Shown: piece by piece, positions 37,766 through 51,300 of the stretch
Numbering within the stretch: the stretch's first letter is position 1
How the letters are laid out: each line of letters opens with the position of its first letter
Origin: Azolla caroliniana
Taxonomy: Eukaryota > Plantae > Polypodiophyta
Length of the DNA stretch: 64,000 nt
Assembly: GCA_043228905.1 (NCBI GenBank)
Contig: JBHGNT010000092.1
Span: 29,713 to 93,712 of the forward strand
Direction of reading: 5' to 3'
Position numbers and translations under genes: made by a program
The notes under the pieces: generated by a model
The model's input: only the letters and a program-made list of their open reading frames with translations
What the model was told of the DNA's origin: nothing
Databases searched by the model: none

Positions 37766-39402
37766 CGCGTGGAGAAGGGATTCGGTTTCCCAAAGGCTGC
37801 TTAGGCTGCTGCCATCGTCCTGGTGTAATGTTTGTTGTAACCAGAGGGAGTCCTCCGCTACTCTCCGGATTACGTTGGAGAACGAGCGATCCGCTCTAAT
37901 TTCCTGTGCCGCTTGTTGGAAAGCCTCACGTCTCCTTTGCCTTTCGGCAAGGCGTCGAGTTCAATCTGTAACCAAGTCGTGCGTTGATCTAGACATCCAT
38001 CCGTGCCGTCGTTCGCTGCAAAAACAGGAATCGTGGTCGCCAAAAACTGTGTTATCTCTTAGGGTCGGACAATGGCCTAACACAGGGTGTCTACGGAAGA
38101 CACTTCACCAAAGGGTGTTACGGCAACAGGATTAGACTCAACGATTAATCCGACTTAATTAAGTTACTTAGCATGATCATTTTTCATAATCACACGCGTA
38201 AGATATAACAATTAAGGCAGAACGGCAATCAACACAGAGAGATAACAACACTAAGCTTTATTAATTAACCGCTATTCATTACATTGTATCCGGGCCTTTA
38301 AATAGGTTTCCGGTCTGTATTACAAAACGGTGCCATCCGCACCTGTTCGGGATCGGTCTGGATCCGGAACGGCATACCGATTCCGGTCCGTCCGTCCACA
38401 CTCATAGCTTAATTACAACCACATTCCTACTACTTAAATAACTCCCCGTTTCCCACTCTGGACTCCTTTGCCGGCCGATAACAGTGATAGATTTACCCCT
38501 TGTTGTCTTCTATCTGATCGAGAGAAACTTAATGAATCTTTTAACTGACCAAAAGATGTAACATGCCATGCATCTTGCAATTTGAATGATAAACATAAGC
38601 GTTGTCATGCCTTTCGATGCTAGATCGTTTGCGTGAGTCGGGTGGGAACCACTAGGGTTTTGGACTAGGAGGAAGAATTTGAGACTAATAAGAATATAAA
38701 TAGATTATAAGAAAGAGATATAGAAACTTGTGAATCCCACAAGTATAGATTATTAGATTTATTAATATTTAGAATCCTAATAACAATTTATCATAGATTG
38801 GAAGAGATAGATTATATAAAACTTCGTGAATCCCACGATTATATTTTATTAATTGGTGTTTTAGGAAATATATCCAATTTCCAAATATTCCACACACCTT
38901 TTACATTGTGCTCCCCATCCTTATGTAGTGATGAGGGAGTCTTAGTAATCCATGCTTTTCCTCTAACTATAGACTCCATGCTTTTGGGTGAAAGCATGCG
39001 AGTGGAAACAATTAGCTATGTCCTTGACATAGCTAATTAGCTATGCAAAAAGCTACCATTGATAAATAGTCATTTTAGTAAAAAGCCATCATTAATAAAT
39101 TAAGTATGCAAAAAACTACCATTGATAAATAGTCATTTTAGTAAAAAGCCATCATTAATAAATTAAGTATGCAAAAAACTACCATTGAAAATACTAGAGT
39201 GTTTTAATTACATATGTAAATGAGTGCCATAAATGTGCAACATAAATTGATGTGTGCACCATAAATGTGTACCATAAATTATATATCGAATTCCTAGGTC
39301 CATTATGCATGATCCTTTGCCACATCACGTAGGCCATCTCTAGTTGAGTACTGTGGGTTAGTTGCTACCACTGTTGCTAAACCCTATCGAGTCCACCTGC
39401 CG

Positions 39403-40260
39403 CCACTCTACACTGAGGGGCCGCTACTGTGCGTTCCAAGCATCATCAAAGAGCTGCTCAATCTGACGGGGTTCTCTTCTCTGTGACACTCTACACTCAG
39501 GGGCCACTACTGTGCATTCCAAGCATCATCAAAGAGCTGTTCAATCTGACGGGGTTCTCTTCTCTGTGCCACTCTACACTCAGGGGCCATTACTGTGCGT
39601 TCCAAGCATCATCAAAGAGCTGTTCAATCTGAGGGGGTTCTCTTCTCTGTGCCACTCTACACTCAGGGGCCATTACTGTGCGTTCCAAGCATCATCAAAG
39701 AGCTGTGCAATCTGAGGGGGTTCTCTTCTCTGTGCCACTCTACACTCAGGGGCCGCTGCTGTGCGTTCCAAGCATCATCAAAGAGCTGTTCAATCTGACG
39801 GGGTTCTCTTCTCTTTGCCACTCTACACTCAGGGGTTGCTACTGTGCGTTCCAAGCATAATCAAAGAGCTATTCAATCTGACGGGGTTCTCTTCTCTTTT
39901 CCACTCTCACTCAGGGGCCGCTACTGTGCGTTTCAAGCATCATTGGTAACTGTTCAATCTGACGGGGTTCTCTTCTCTTTTCCACTCTCACTCAGGGGCC
40001 GCTACTGTGCGTTTCAAGCATCATTGGTAACTGTTCAATCTGACGGGGTTCTCTTCTCTATGCCACTCTATTCTCAAGTGCCTTCTATGTGCGTTTCAAG
40101 CATCATCGGTAACTGTTCAATCTGACGGGGTTCTCTCCTCCATTTCCATCATTCTATACTCAGTTGCCACTACTGTCCAGTCCCGGATTGCTTCCACATT
40201 TCGATTTGACGGAGTTCACTCATCCAACGGCAACATTCTACACTCAGTTGTTGCCATTGG
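39403..40260 (+). repeat. Subterminal minisatellite, 83/81-bp unit, about 10 copies decaying inward
   Basis: CCACTCTACACTCAGGGGCC...TCAATCTGACGGGGTTCTCTTCT recurs at 39403, 39486, 39569, 39652, 39735, 39818, 39901, 39982, 40063 and in diverged form after. Confidence 0.95.
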
Positions 40261-40471
40261 TCGGTCTTGGATCGCCTCCTCAACTGTTGGATCCAACAGA
40301 GTGAAATCCTCTACTGTTCGGTCTTGGATTGCAATAACTTTTCTGTCTATTGATTATCTTGTGTATTGTTGTGTCTAATCTTGTGTATTGTGTGGAATAT
40401 TTTTGTGTATTGTTGTTGCCCATAGCCATCTTTAATACTTGTTTTTTTTTCTGGAAATTTAGGGTTTTAAC

Positions 40472-43400
40472 ATGTCTAGCCAAATGGAAGGGGAAGAAGG
40501 GTGTTTAGAATTACCCCTCAATGATCATAAGGATAGGGATGATGTTATCAGGACACAACAAGCCATACGAAACTATTGGGCAGAAAAAAAAAGGAAACAT
40601 CATCAATTGTTGAAGGATACGAAAGCCACACTCAGTAAAGGTAAGGATAGTTTAGCTGAGAATGTAAGTAATGCGACTACCATCATAGAGAGAAAGGTTA
40701 TAGACTATTTCAATGTTCAAACCAAGCACATCAGCAATGAAGAAAAGAAGGTAGTACTTTATGGAATATGTAATGATCCATCGATAAAGGACTTAGTTGA
40801 TTGTGATGGTCTTAATGCAAACATATCATCTATTTTAGTAAATAATCTTCGTAATAGTTTCGTATCCATGAGCAGGTCAGAAGATGATCTTGTCTTAAAA
40901 AGGTCTAGTCTAATGATGTTACTTAATAGTGATGTTGACGATATAAACATCAGTGAGCTATCTAAGGTAATTGGTGTTAGTAGAAAAACAGTGTACAATA
41001 CAATGAACCGTATAATTTCCTCGGGTGAAGGAACTAGTCTACTAAAGCTAACTACAAGATGTAAGCCAATGACACCCATAACATTTGAAATCAAGGATGT
41101 AATCACAATGTTTTGGACTAATGAGAGTAGGGTTTCACCCAATAAAAAGGATTTATGCAGGAAACGTGTTGGAAGAAATCAATACGAGGAGCATCCCATT
41201 CATCTTCTTGATGTACCTCAGGTATTTACATTTATCTCAACATTTGTTTTGACTCTACTCGGAAAGTTAATTAGCTCAGTTAGCAGAAAAGCTAATTAGC
41301 TTATCAGTTACATTTACCTCAGTTAGCTACTAGGATCGCTACTACATAGGTAACTAGCTACTCTCAATAGTTACTACCATGATAGCTAATTAGCTATTCT
41401 CAATAGCTAATTTAGGTACTACCAGATAATTAGCTGTACTGCTAGCTAGTTAGCTATCATGGTAGCTAGTTAGCTATTTCGTTATTACCAGCTAATTCGC
41501 TACTAGGAAAGCTAATTAGCTACCATGATAGCTAATTAGCTACTATGATAGCTACTACATAGGTAACTGGCTACTCTCAATAGCTACTACCATGATAGCT
41601 AATTAGTTAGGATAGCTAATTAGCCACCATTATAGCTAATTAGCTACTAGACCAGCTAATTAGCTACCATGATAGCTAATTAGTTACTAGGACAGCTAAT
41701 TAGCCACCGTGATAGCTAATTAGTTACCATGATAGCTAATTAGCTACTATACCAGCTAATTAGCTACCATGATAGCTAATTAGCTACTATAGCAGCTAAT
41801 TAGCTACCATGATAGCTAATTAGTTACTAGGAAAGCTAATCAGCCACCATTATAGCTAATTAGCTACTAGACCAGCTAATTAGCTACCACGATAGCTAAT
41901 TAGCTACTAGACCAGCTAATTAGCTACCATGATAGCTAATTAGTTACTAGGAAAGCTAATTAGCCACCATGATAGCTAATTAGCTACTAGACAAGCTAAT
42001 TAGCCACCATGATAGCTAATTAGCTACTAGGACAACTAATTAGCTACTAGGACAGCTAATTAGCTACCATGATAGCTAATTAGCTACCATGACAGCTAAT
42101 TAGCTACCATGATAGCTAATTAGCTACTAGAATAGCTAATTAGCTACTATACCAGCTAATTAGCTACCATGATAGCTAATTAGCTACTATACCAGCTAAT
42201 TAGCTACCATGATAGCTAATTAGTTACTAGGAAAGCTAATCAGCCACCATTATAGCTAATTAGCTACTAGACCAGCTAATTAGCTACCACGATAGCTAAT
42301 TAGCTACTAGACCAGCTAATTAGCTACCATGATAGCTAATTAGTTACTAGGAAAGCTAATTAGCCACCATGATAGCTAATTAGCTACTAGACAAGCTAAT
42401 TAGCCACCATGATAGCTAATTAGCTACTAGGACAACTAATTAGCTACTAGGACAACTAATTAGCTACCATGATAGCTAATTAGCTACTACGACAGCTAAT
42501 TAGCTACCATGATAGCTAATTAGCTACTAGAATAGCTAATTAGCTACCATGATAGCTAATTAGCTACTACGACAGCTAATTAGCTACCATGATAGCTAAT
42601 TAGCTACTACGACAGCTAATTAACTACCATGATAGCTAATTAGCTACTAGGACAACTAATTAGCTACCATGATAGCTAATTAGCTACTAGAATAGCTAAC
42701 TAGCTACTAGAATAGCTAACTAGCTACTAGAATAGCTAACTAGCTACTAGAATAGCTAATTAGCTACTAGGATAGTTAGCTAGTTACGAGAATAACTAAT
42801 TCCCCTTTATTACGCAGGTCGATTTATTTATTAGGTTCAAACGAATGCATCCAACTATCAAAGTTCAACTACGAACATTCGAGTCTCTTAAGCCACACTT
42901 TGTGAGACGCTTAAAGGATCGATACACATGTTGTTGCATTTACCATGTACAGATGGGTTTTCTGAAGGACTCTGTTAATCTACTACGTCACCATAGCGCA
43001 TCCCTAACTAATACAGTTTGCACATGTGGGTGCCCAATATGTCGATCAAGCCCGCAAGAGGAGTGTAAATCATCTGAGCACGTTATCTCTTCCATGAGTT
43101 ATTTATTAGATTCAATATTGTGTCCGAGAGAATCTGACGCTATCTTCCATATTCATAAATGTGTCATGGGTTTATGTCAAGATTGTGGCCCTACTAGATT
43201 TAGGTGGTGTCCAAATGAATTGAGTAGTGAAATATTGATCTCTGTGAAGTTATTTGAGTCAGTGAACACCAATTTCGAAGGAAAGGTGTGTAAAAGAAAG
43301 GATCTAGTTCGGAAGATGCTTAAACCAAGGGATTTGGTGTCTCTGTTTGTAGTATCTCTAGGAAAGTTCATTAAACACAACTTCATTTATTCATGGCAGG

Positions 43401-44659
43401 CCCATCAGTTTAAGACTTGCATATCTGATTTCCCAAATGATGTAGTAGTCTCAGTAGTAGATTTCGCAGAGAATTATACTTTCAAGCAGCAGAATGAAAT
43501 TCAATCTATGCATTGGTGTTCAGTTCAGGTAACCATTTTTGTGCACATAACATATTTTCGAGTTTCAGGTGATGTTAAAAAAGTAATTCATTTCTTTATT
43601 TCCGATGATAAGAAGCATGATACCTTGTTCGTCCAACACTGTTTTAAGTTACATTGGCAGTGGTTATTAGCTCAACGTTTGGAGCTTACTCAACATTGGG
43701 TCTGGTCTGACGGAGCTGCGTCACAATTCAAAGCTCGACGTCCATTTTATTTTGTGGGGAGGTATCCTGCTATAACAGGTTTGGAGATGAGATGGAATTT
43801 TTTTGGGTCTGGCCATGGTAAAGGTGAACATGATGGTGCAGGGGCTGTTATAAAGCGGGCACTTACCCATGAACAACTAAAGACAGATGGTGTGCACATG
43901 AATTGTGCATCACATGTAGTTGAATTTTTAAGAACAAATATGTCGACGAGTGCCACAGGTGTTTATTCCTCGCAAGTTCGAGATATCAAACGTGAATTTT
44001 GGGAAGTGAAGATAGATGAAGTAAATAGGGAGAAGACCTGGGAGTGCCAAGGAATTCCCGAATTGCGATCTCTGCATGCTGTTCGCGGTTATTCCAGGTT
44101 GGATGGTCATTGTATTGCGGTTAGAGAATTGACTTGTTTTTGCTTCCATTGTGTGCAGGGAAATTGGAGATATTGTCTAAACAAAGCATACATTCAGAAT
44201 TGGGAGTATCACACTCTGAATGATAAGGAAGCAGTTGATGGAGAAACAGGGCAGAATGCTGACTTCACATATGAGGGACTTGGAGATACTTTGAGTGATG
44301 TCCTGAACGTTGGGGATAACTTCGCTGTAAATGCTGAAGAAGGCAATTCAGAGGGTGCTGATTTCTATATATTAAAGTGCACGGTTAGTAAACAGTGTGC
44401 AAGGCAGAATATTGTAGATGCATGGGGAAATTTTGTATCTGCCGGGACATTCTACATCGAAGACATTTTTTATGCAAAACTAGATGACTACGAATATGTG
44501 TACAAGCTGTTAGAAGACAAACCAGCGGCGTATATGTACTCTCATTTGGTCAGATGCATCAACGTCCCAATGTCAGAATACAATAGCTGCTCCGGTTTAT
44601 ACACTGTTGGTGCTAATGTGTATGAATGTATTTACAATAGTATGCCATGGAATTTGTAG
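40472..44659 (+). CDS. Sola2-like DDD transposase, 2 exons (40472-41221, 42818-44659), 863 aa, no stops
   Basis: Phase-0 intron CAG|GTATTT..TACGCAG|GTC joins the 275-aa and 604-aa ORFs. HTH-like ISELSKVIGVSRKTVY; Cys clusters CCCIYH, CTCGCPIC, CFCFHC; motifs DFAENY..QSMHW, SDD..HD, SDGAASQFK, GHGKGEHDGAG. Confidence 0.9.
41268..42800. repeat. Palindromic satellite (TAGCTAATTAGCTA core, ~20-bp period) filling the transposase intron
   Basis: Units such as TAGCTACCATGATAGCTAAT repeated for ~1.5 kb, with higher-order block duplication. Confidence 0.97.
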
Positions 44660-45134
44660 CTACAAGTAGCACTTACCATGTTCTCTTGTAAAACAAACAT
44701 GTATTTCGCGAAAACAGATCAATAAATTCGTTTGGAATCAATTTCTTGTATACAGTCTGCTTTCTGTGCTTCTTTCTCAATAAAATCATGTCTTTTTTGT
44801 TAAGTTTTAAGTTATAAGTTATAGCGAAATAGTCATCAGTAGCTAATTAGCTGTACAAATGCAGCTAATTAGCTGTACAAATGTATTTACAATAATATGC
44901 CATGGAATTTGTAGCTACAAGTAGCACTTACCATGTTCTCTTGTAAAACAAACATGTATTTCGCGAAAACAGATCAATAAATTTGTTTGGAATCAATTTC
45001 TTGTATACAGTCTGCTTTCTGTGCTTCTTTCTCAATAAAATCATGTCTTTTTTGTTAAGTTTTAAGTTATAAGTTATAGCGAAATAGTCATCAGTAGCTA
45101 ATTAGCTGTACAAATGCAGCTAATTAGCTGTACA
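44625..45134 (+). repeat. 255-bp tandem duplication covering the transposase stop codon and 3' UTR
   Basis: AATGTATTTACAATA..GCCATGGAATTTGTAG begins at 44625 and 44880; near-identical copies. Confidence 0.93.
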
Positions 45135-45305
45135 AATGCAGCTAATTAGCTGTACAAATGCAGCTAATTAGCTGTCAATAACTAAATAGTCATCAATAGA
45201 ATGAAATCAACAATCTGCAACATATTCCTCAAATTACACAGTAGACAAGTACAGTGGGAACAAGTAATTAAATTCTTCATTGAATAATGTCATCTCTTTA
45301 CATAT

Positions 45306-46360
45306 TTATAAATTACCATTGGAAATGTCTACAAATCTCCTATAAACAGCTAAGCTCTTGCTAGTCAGTGGAACAAGTCTACATATATTATCCGCATATT
45401 GAGCTCGGTATGGAGTCCACAACCATGCACCTAGTTGGCAGCTCACTGTTTGCACCAGGTACTGTTCAGGCATTTCCTCGGGTAGAATGAGACAGCATCT
45501 CCGAATATTGAAGTAGTGTCGGAAATGTTCTGTATCCAAAATCAATGTATTGTCAGCATTATATTCAGGCCAAGTAGCCCAAAAATCAGAAAGCCTCTTG
45601 AATCTTGCAGCTTCCATCTGCTCACAATTTTCTCGTGCCCATTGACCTTTAAAACGACTTCGCCATTTTGGGAAGAATCTTGCCAAACACTTCCACACAT
45701 CTGATTTTGGTTTTTCACTCCAAATAAACAAATCGAAGTACTCCACAGCCCACTCTAGAAACTGATTTGCGTCCCTCCTTGGCTGCATATATCTCACACT
45801 CATCAAGACTTTATCCAGCTCCAAGATCAAGGCTCTTCGCTCGACTTCTAGTGGTTTAGGTTTCCATTCCTGAAACTGAGCCGCTGTTACACCATTTTCT
45901 GGTAGGATACGATCAATCTCAATCAGCTCAGGTTCGGCTGACACAACTGGTGTCCTTTTCCTCTTTAAACCCCTAGTCGACTGTGTTGGGCCTAGCTTCA
46001 CATTCTGGTGCTCTTGTTTTGTCGACTTAGTTATCAATCCTTGGATTACCTCAGTGCATGTAGCTACTGTTCTGCTCGATATCAGTCCACTGGTATCACA
46101 TGTTGCATCTACTTGCAACACCAAGTCATCCGTGCTACATGTTGCATCTACCTGCAACACCAAGTCATCCGTGCTACATGCTGCATCTACCTGCAACACC
46201 AAGTCATCCGTGCTACATGCTTGATCAACTTGTGTGACCAGATCACTTGTGTCAGTTGCTACATCTACTTTCAAGATGGGGCCCTTTAAACATGCCGCAA
46301 CATCAACAGTATCCACACTGCCATTGGCCTTACGAGCAATAGAATCAAACCCTTTAGACT
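45306..46360 (-). CDS. Exon/ORF encoding 13-aa repeats plus an FCP1/SCP (NIF)-like HAD phosphatase-fold domain, probably catalytically dead
   Basis: ALILELDKVL..PRRDANQFLEWAVEYFDLFIWS..WARENC..KRLSDFW..YNADNTLILD; acceptor TTGCAG at 46361; DxDxT replaced by ELDKV. Confidence 0.75.
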
Positions 46361-48133
46361 CTGCAACATCAGAAAACACCAACATATTCACACTCACAAA
46401 GTAACTACTAGTCTCACAAAACAATATCCTGAACATCAAAGAGTTTCAGTCATAGAACAACACTCTTCAAATTATCTTGGAAAAACATCATAGAGTTCCA
46501 TTACATAATGTGGATCAAGCAACAACCAATCTGAGGTTTTACTTGTCCAACAGGATAGTAAAACTTCATAAAACCCTAGCAAAATCCCTAAGCTAACAAT
46601 CATATCCAACTAAACAGTATTTCGCTCCACTACGTCTGGGCCCCTTGACCGAGTAACTGGTCTTGTTCCCGATCGTGGCCCCTTCTTCAGCCTTTTTCTG
46701 GTTGGTTCCCCATTTAGCCTTGCTTCTAGGACCCAATGCGCAAGTGTGTCCTCCTCCGACAACCTTCCCATCGCCTCAGCAGCTAATTGCACATCAACCG
46801 TTTCTTGAACTAGCTTTTCAAGTACAGAGGGATCTGTTTGGACATTTTCAGTAGTTGGGCTCGGTGGGGTGGAATCAAGGTCTTGAGACTCGAAGAAATG
46901 TTGCATCAAGTGTTCATAAACACTGTTGTTGTGAACCTCAGTTTTACATGTTGTTTCCACTATTTCATGGCATTTCACATCGTTGCCTAATTCAGTACAC
47001 TGTTCCAAAAGAATAGGGTGCAGCTGATCTGAAGGAGATGTGATAGCAGGACTCTTACTTTCAGCCACATTGGCAGTAGTATCCTCATCTGTTGCAGCAT
47101 CATCAGCACCAGACACATCATGTGCCGTCCTTAATCCACAAGATTCTACAATAACATGACAGTTATTTAGGATAGCTAATTAGCTACTTTACTAAACTAT
47201 GGTAGAAGCTAGGATAGCTAATTAGCTAGTACGATAGCTAATTAGCTAGTATGATAGCTAATTAGGTACTTTACTCAACTATGGTAGTAGTTAGGATAGC
47301 TAATTAGGTACTTTACTCAACTATGGTAGTAGTTAGGATAGCTTATTAGCTACTAGGACAGCTAATTAGCTGCCAGTAGCTAATTAGCTACTAGGATAGC
47401 TAATTAGCTGCCAGTAGCTAATTAGCTACTAGGATAGCTTATTAGCTACTTTACACAACTATGGCAGTAGCTACTAGGATAGCTAATTCGCTAGGATAGC
47501 TAATTCGCTAGTAGGATAGCTAATTAGTTGCCAGCAGCTAATTAGCTAGTAGGATAGCTAATTAGCTACTAGGATAGCTAATTAGTTGCCAGTAGCTAAT
47601 TAGCTAGTAGGATAGCTAATTAGGTACTTTACTCAACTATGGTAGTAGCTAATTAGCTAGTAGGATAGCTAATTAGGTACTTTACTCAACTATGGTAGTA
47701 GCTAATTAGATAGTAGGATAGCTAATTAGCTACTAGGATAGCTAATTAGCTGCTAGTAGCTAATTAGCTACTAGGATAGCTTATTAGCTACTTTACACAA
47801 CTATGGCAGTAGCTAATTAGTTACTAGGATAGCTAATTAGTTGCCAGTGGCTAATTAGCTAGTAGGATACCTAATTAGCTTTTTTACACAACTATAGTAC
47901 TAGCTAATTAGCTAGTACCATAGCTAATTACCTACTAGGATAGCTAATTAGCTAGTAGGATAGCTTATTAGCTACTTTACACAACTATAGTAGTAGCTAG
48001 GATAGCTAATTAGCTACTATGGTAGCTAATTAGCTAATTTACTCCACTATGGTAGTAGCTAGGATAGCTAATTAGCTACTTTACTAACTATGGTGGTAGC
48101 TAGGATAGCTAATTAGCTACTTTACTAACTATG

Positions 48134-48318
48134 TGTCGAATACAAGTGTATAATGGACGTATTCACGCTATCCCTTTGTATAGCTCAAGTTTGGGCCATT
48201 TGTGTAATTAGCATAAAGGGTAGTTGCCCTAAGTCGGTCACTATATATAGTGACCTTGTAACCTCTTTGTGTGGTTGGGTGTTGTATTTTTCTTCTATTG
48301 AATAGAAAGTCTTTTGTG

Positions 48319-48357
<39 letters not shown>

Positions 48358-51300
48358 GCTATCTCAGAAACTGTCATACGCAGGTATTCAAACCTAATCG
48401 AATGCTTCTTGATCTTCCGCATAGACGACCTTTGTCCCCAACATCTGGTATCAGAGCCTGCACAGTATTCGGTCCTTCATCCCGCTGTCGGCCGTCGTCT
48501 CAGCCTGCACAGCATTCGGTTTCCTGCGCCATTCGAAGAAGAGAGAAGAAGAAGAAAAACGAGGCTTGCATCTCATCGCGTTAGATCATCTTCGCTTGGA
48601 GTAAGCCAGCAGGTTGTACTCTGTTCCTTGTGATCGTAACCGCTCGAGGTGAAATCCCCTTGTGCAACATTGACACGATCGTGCTCCACTCGGTTAAACG
48701 GCATCCGAAGAGGTCAACAAACGCTGCTCGCCGCTCATTGTAACCACTCGGTGCAGATCGGTCTCAAGACAACAACCCAAATTCGTGCTTCATCTGGCTG
48801 ATCGACATTCGGGAGGATCAGTTGGATCCGTCTCTCTCGTTGCTGCAGTCAACCGAAGCAGAATCGGTCCAGATAATCGGTATTCGGCATATATATTCGG
48901 AAGCGAACCAGGCTCACTCCGACTCGGCAATATTCGGGAAGACCAGTCGGTTCTGTCCCTCAAGTTACCGGAGTCAATTCGAGCAAGTTCAACAATACAT
49001 ATATCCGAAGCCGAACCGACTCGGGTTCAAATCCGACTAGAACGATATCGGGTGAGCCAACCGGCTGCACTCCAACAAGGTTCGTAGTCAACTCCGAACC
49101 GAGCTTCGTCAACCGAAACCAAATTTGATGGCATCAACATCCGGCTCGTCAGAAATGAGTCTACGAAAGTTCGATGGATCGAACTTCAACTTCTGGAAGG
49201 AGCAAATGCAGGACTATCTCATAGTCAAGGGGCAAATCGATCCCATCGAAAATGAAGAATCTCCAGAAGGATACAAACCAATTGAGTGGCAGAAGCTGGA
49301 CAGAATTGTCCGCGCCACGATTCGGATGCACCTATCGGAATCGGTATACTTTACGGTGCAATCGTGTACGACAGCATTCGAACTGTGGAAAACACTGTCG
49401 GACACTTACGAAAAGAAGGTCGCCGCAACGAAGATGTTTCTGATCCGGCGCCTCTACAACTTGCGGATGAAAGAATCCGATTCGGTCCAAGCACATCTCA
49501 ATGAGTACGAAAGTATAAGCTCCCAAATCTCATCTCAGGGGACGGCAATCGAGGATGAACTCAGAGCAATGATACTCATGAGCAGCCTTCCCTCATCATG
49601 GGAAACTTTCGTCACAACTGTGTGCAACGCGTCCACCACGGCTGTCAAATACTCCGAAGTCACGAGCGCAATCCTGACCGAAGCAGCTCGGAGAAAGTCT
49701 TTCGCCAAAGACTCAACAGACGACGCTTACGTAGTACAAGGTTCGACAGACCAATCGAACATACGAGGAAGAGATTCCTCACGACCGCCGAACAATCAGC
49801 GAAGACGGAGCCAGTCACGGGATAACCGAATCTGCAACTATTGCAAGAAACCCGGACACATCAAAGCCGACTGCCGCGCACTCAAGAACAAGAACGACAA
49901 GTCTCAGAGATCAGACAAGAAGAGTGGCCGGCATGAGGAGATCAATTACGTCAGCTTCTCAGCTGATGTGCTACCAGACGACCCGAATATACTATCAATC
50001 GAAAATCCAGTCGGATCAGAAGTTCTACTCACGACTGAAGAATCGAGCACATGGCTCTTAGATTCGGGCGCGTCATTTCACGTGACTCCTCATCGATCCC
50101 AATTTCGGCAATATACGATCCGTCACTCCGACTCAGTTCGAGTCGGCAACTCGCAACACTGTGACATCATTGGAATCGGCACAGTAGAGCTCAACCTTGC
50201 AGGTGGCTCTACACTTGTACTTCACAATGTCCGACATGTACCCGAGCTCTCAAGGCCATTGATCTCAGTCGGACAACTAGATGAAGACGGCATTCGTGCC
50301 GGTTTTTCTTCGGGAGGGTGGACACTCCACAGGGGGAACCTCCTGCTTGCTAGAGGACCCAAGATACACTCACTGTATCCGTTACATGTTACGCTCAGAG
50401 AGGGTAACCTGTTTTTGGTGGATATTCCTGTGTCATCACTATGGCACAGAAGATTAGGACACCTCAGCAAGGCCGGCATTACGCATCTATCTAGAGCCGG
50501 ATACATCCCCAAACTCTCCTTCTCGGACCATCAATTCTGCGAGCATTGCCAGTATGGCAAACAAGCAGCCGCATCACACCCGACATCAGCACCAAGAGAC
50601 ACGAGACCTCTCGACTTAGTCCACTCGGACGTCTGTGGCCCAATGCCGCATCAGTCTCTCGGCGGTGCCTCTTACTTCGTCACTTTTATTGACGATTCGA
50701 CTCGAAAGGTGTGGGCTTATCCGATTCGCACCAAAGATCGGGTCTTCTCGATCTTCTCAGATTGGCTCGCTATGGTAGAAAATCAAACCGACCGAAAACT
50801 GAAATGCTTTCGGACCGACAACGGGGGAGAGTTCAAATCCGAAGAATTCGTCAAATTCTGCCGACAACGCGGCATCCGACGTGAATTTACGGCACCACAC
50901 AGTCCGGAGCAAAACGGGATTGCCGAACGCATGAATCGGACAATCCAAGAACGGATAGTTTCCATGCTCCAACACTCCGGACTGTCGGATGGCTTCTGGG
51001 TAGAGGCTCTACTCACGGCAGTACACATAATCAATATGTCGCCAAGTAGACCTCTAGGACTTCAAATTCCTCAGGAACTATGGATCGGCAGCAAGCCGAA
51101 TTACGACAAGCTGAGGATCTTCGGATGCGAGGCGTACGCCCTCATTCCGAAAGATGATCGCCGAAAACATGCACCTCGGTCCAGGAAATGCATTTTCCTT
51201 GGATATGGATCAGACGGCGAAATGGGATACCGACTCTAGGACCCCAAACGCAGACAAATCGTTCGAAGTTCGGACGTTGTGTTCAACGAATCGGCTATGA

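Larger units (their letters stand above)
28541..38483 (-). mobile_element. Full-length Ty3/gypsy LTR retrotransposon (no chromodomain seen) with an extra 3' ORF
   Basis: 434-bp LTRs 28541-28974 and 38050-38483 (about 8 substitutions by eye); TSD GTGAT; PBS TGGCGACCACGA at 38042-38031; domain order gag-PR-RT-RH-INT. Confidence 0.96.

Noticed and set aside
29520-38135. Many plus-strand ORFs of 60-224 aa
   Set aside because: Antisense shadows of GC-rich gypsy coding sequence with no recognisable motifs
39403-40260. CRISPR-like array or repeated 60-93 aa ORFs
   Set aside because: Whole 83-bp units repeat with no unique spacers and no cas genes; the ORFs are by-products of the tandem repeat
41268-42800. 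CRISPR array (palindromic repeat plus short variable spacers)
   Set aside because: Spacers are only ~6 bp and recur; eukaryotic intronic satellite
51237-51239. Programmed stop-codon readthrough in copia pol
   Set aside because: Falls on the conserved Trp of YRLWDP in integrase; a simple G>A transition is the simpler explanation
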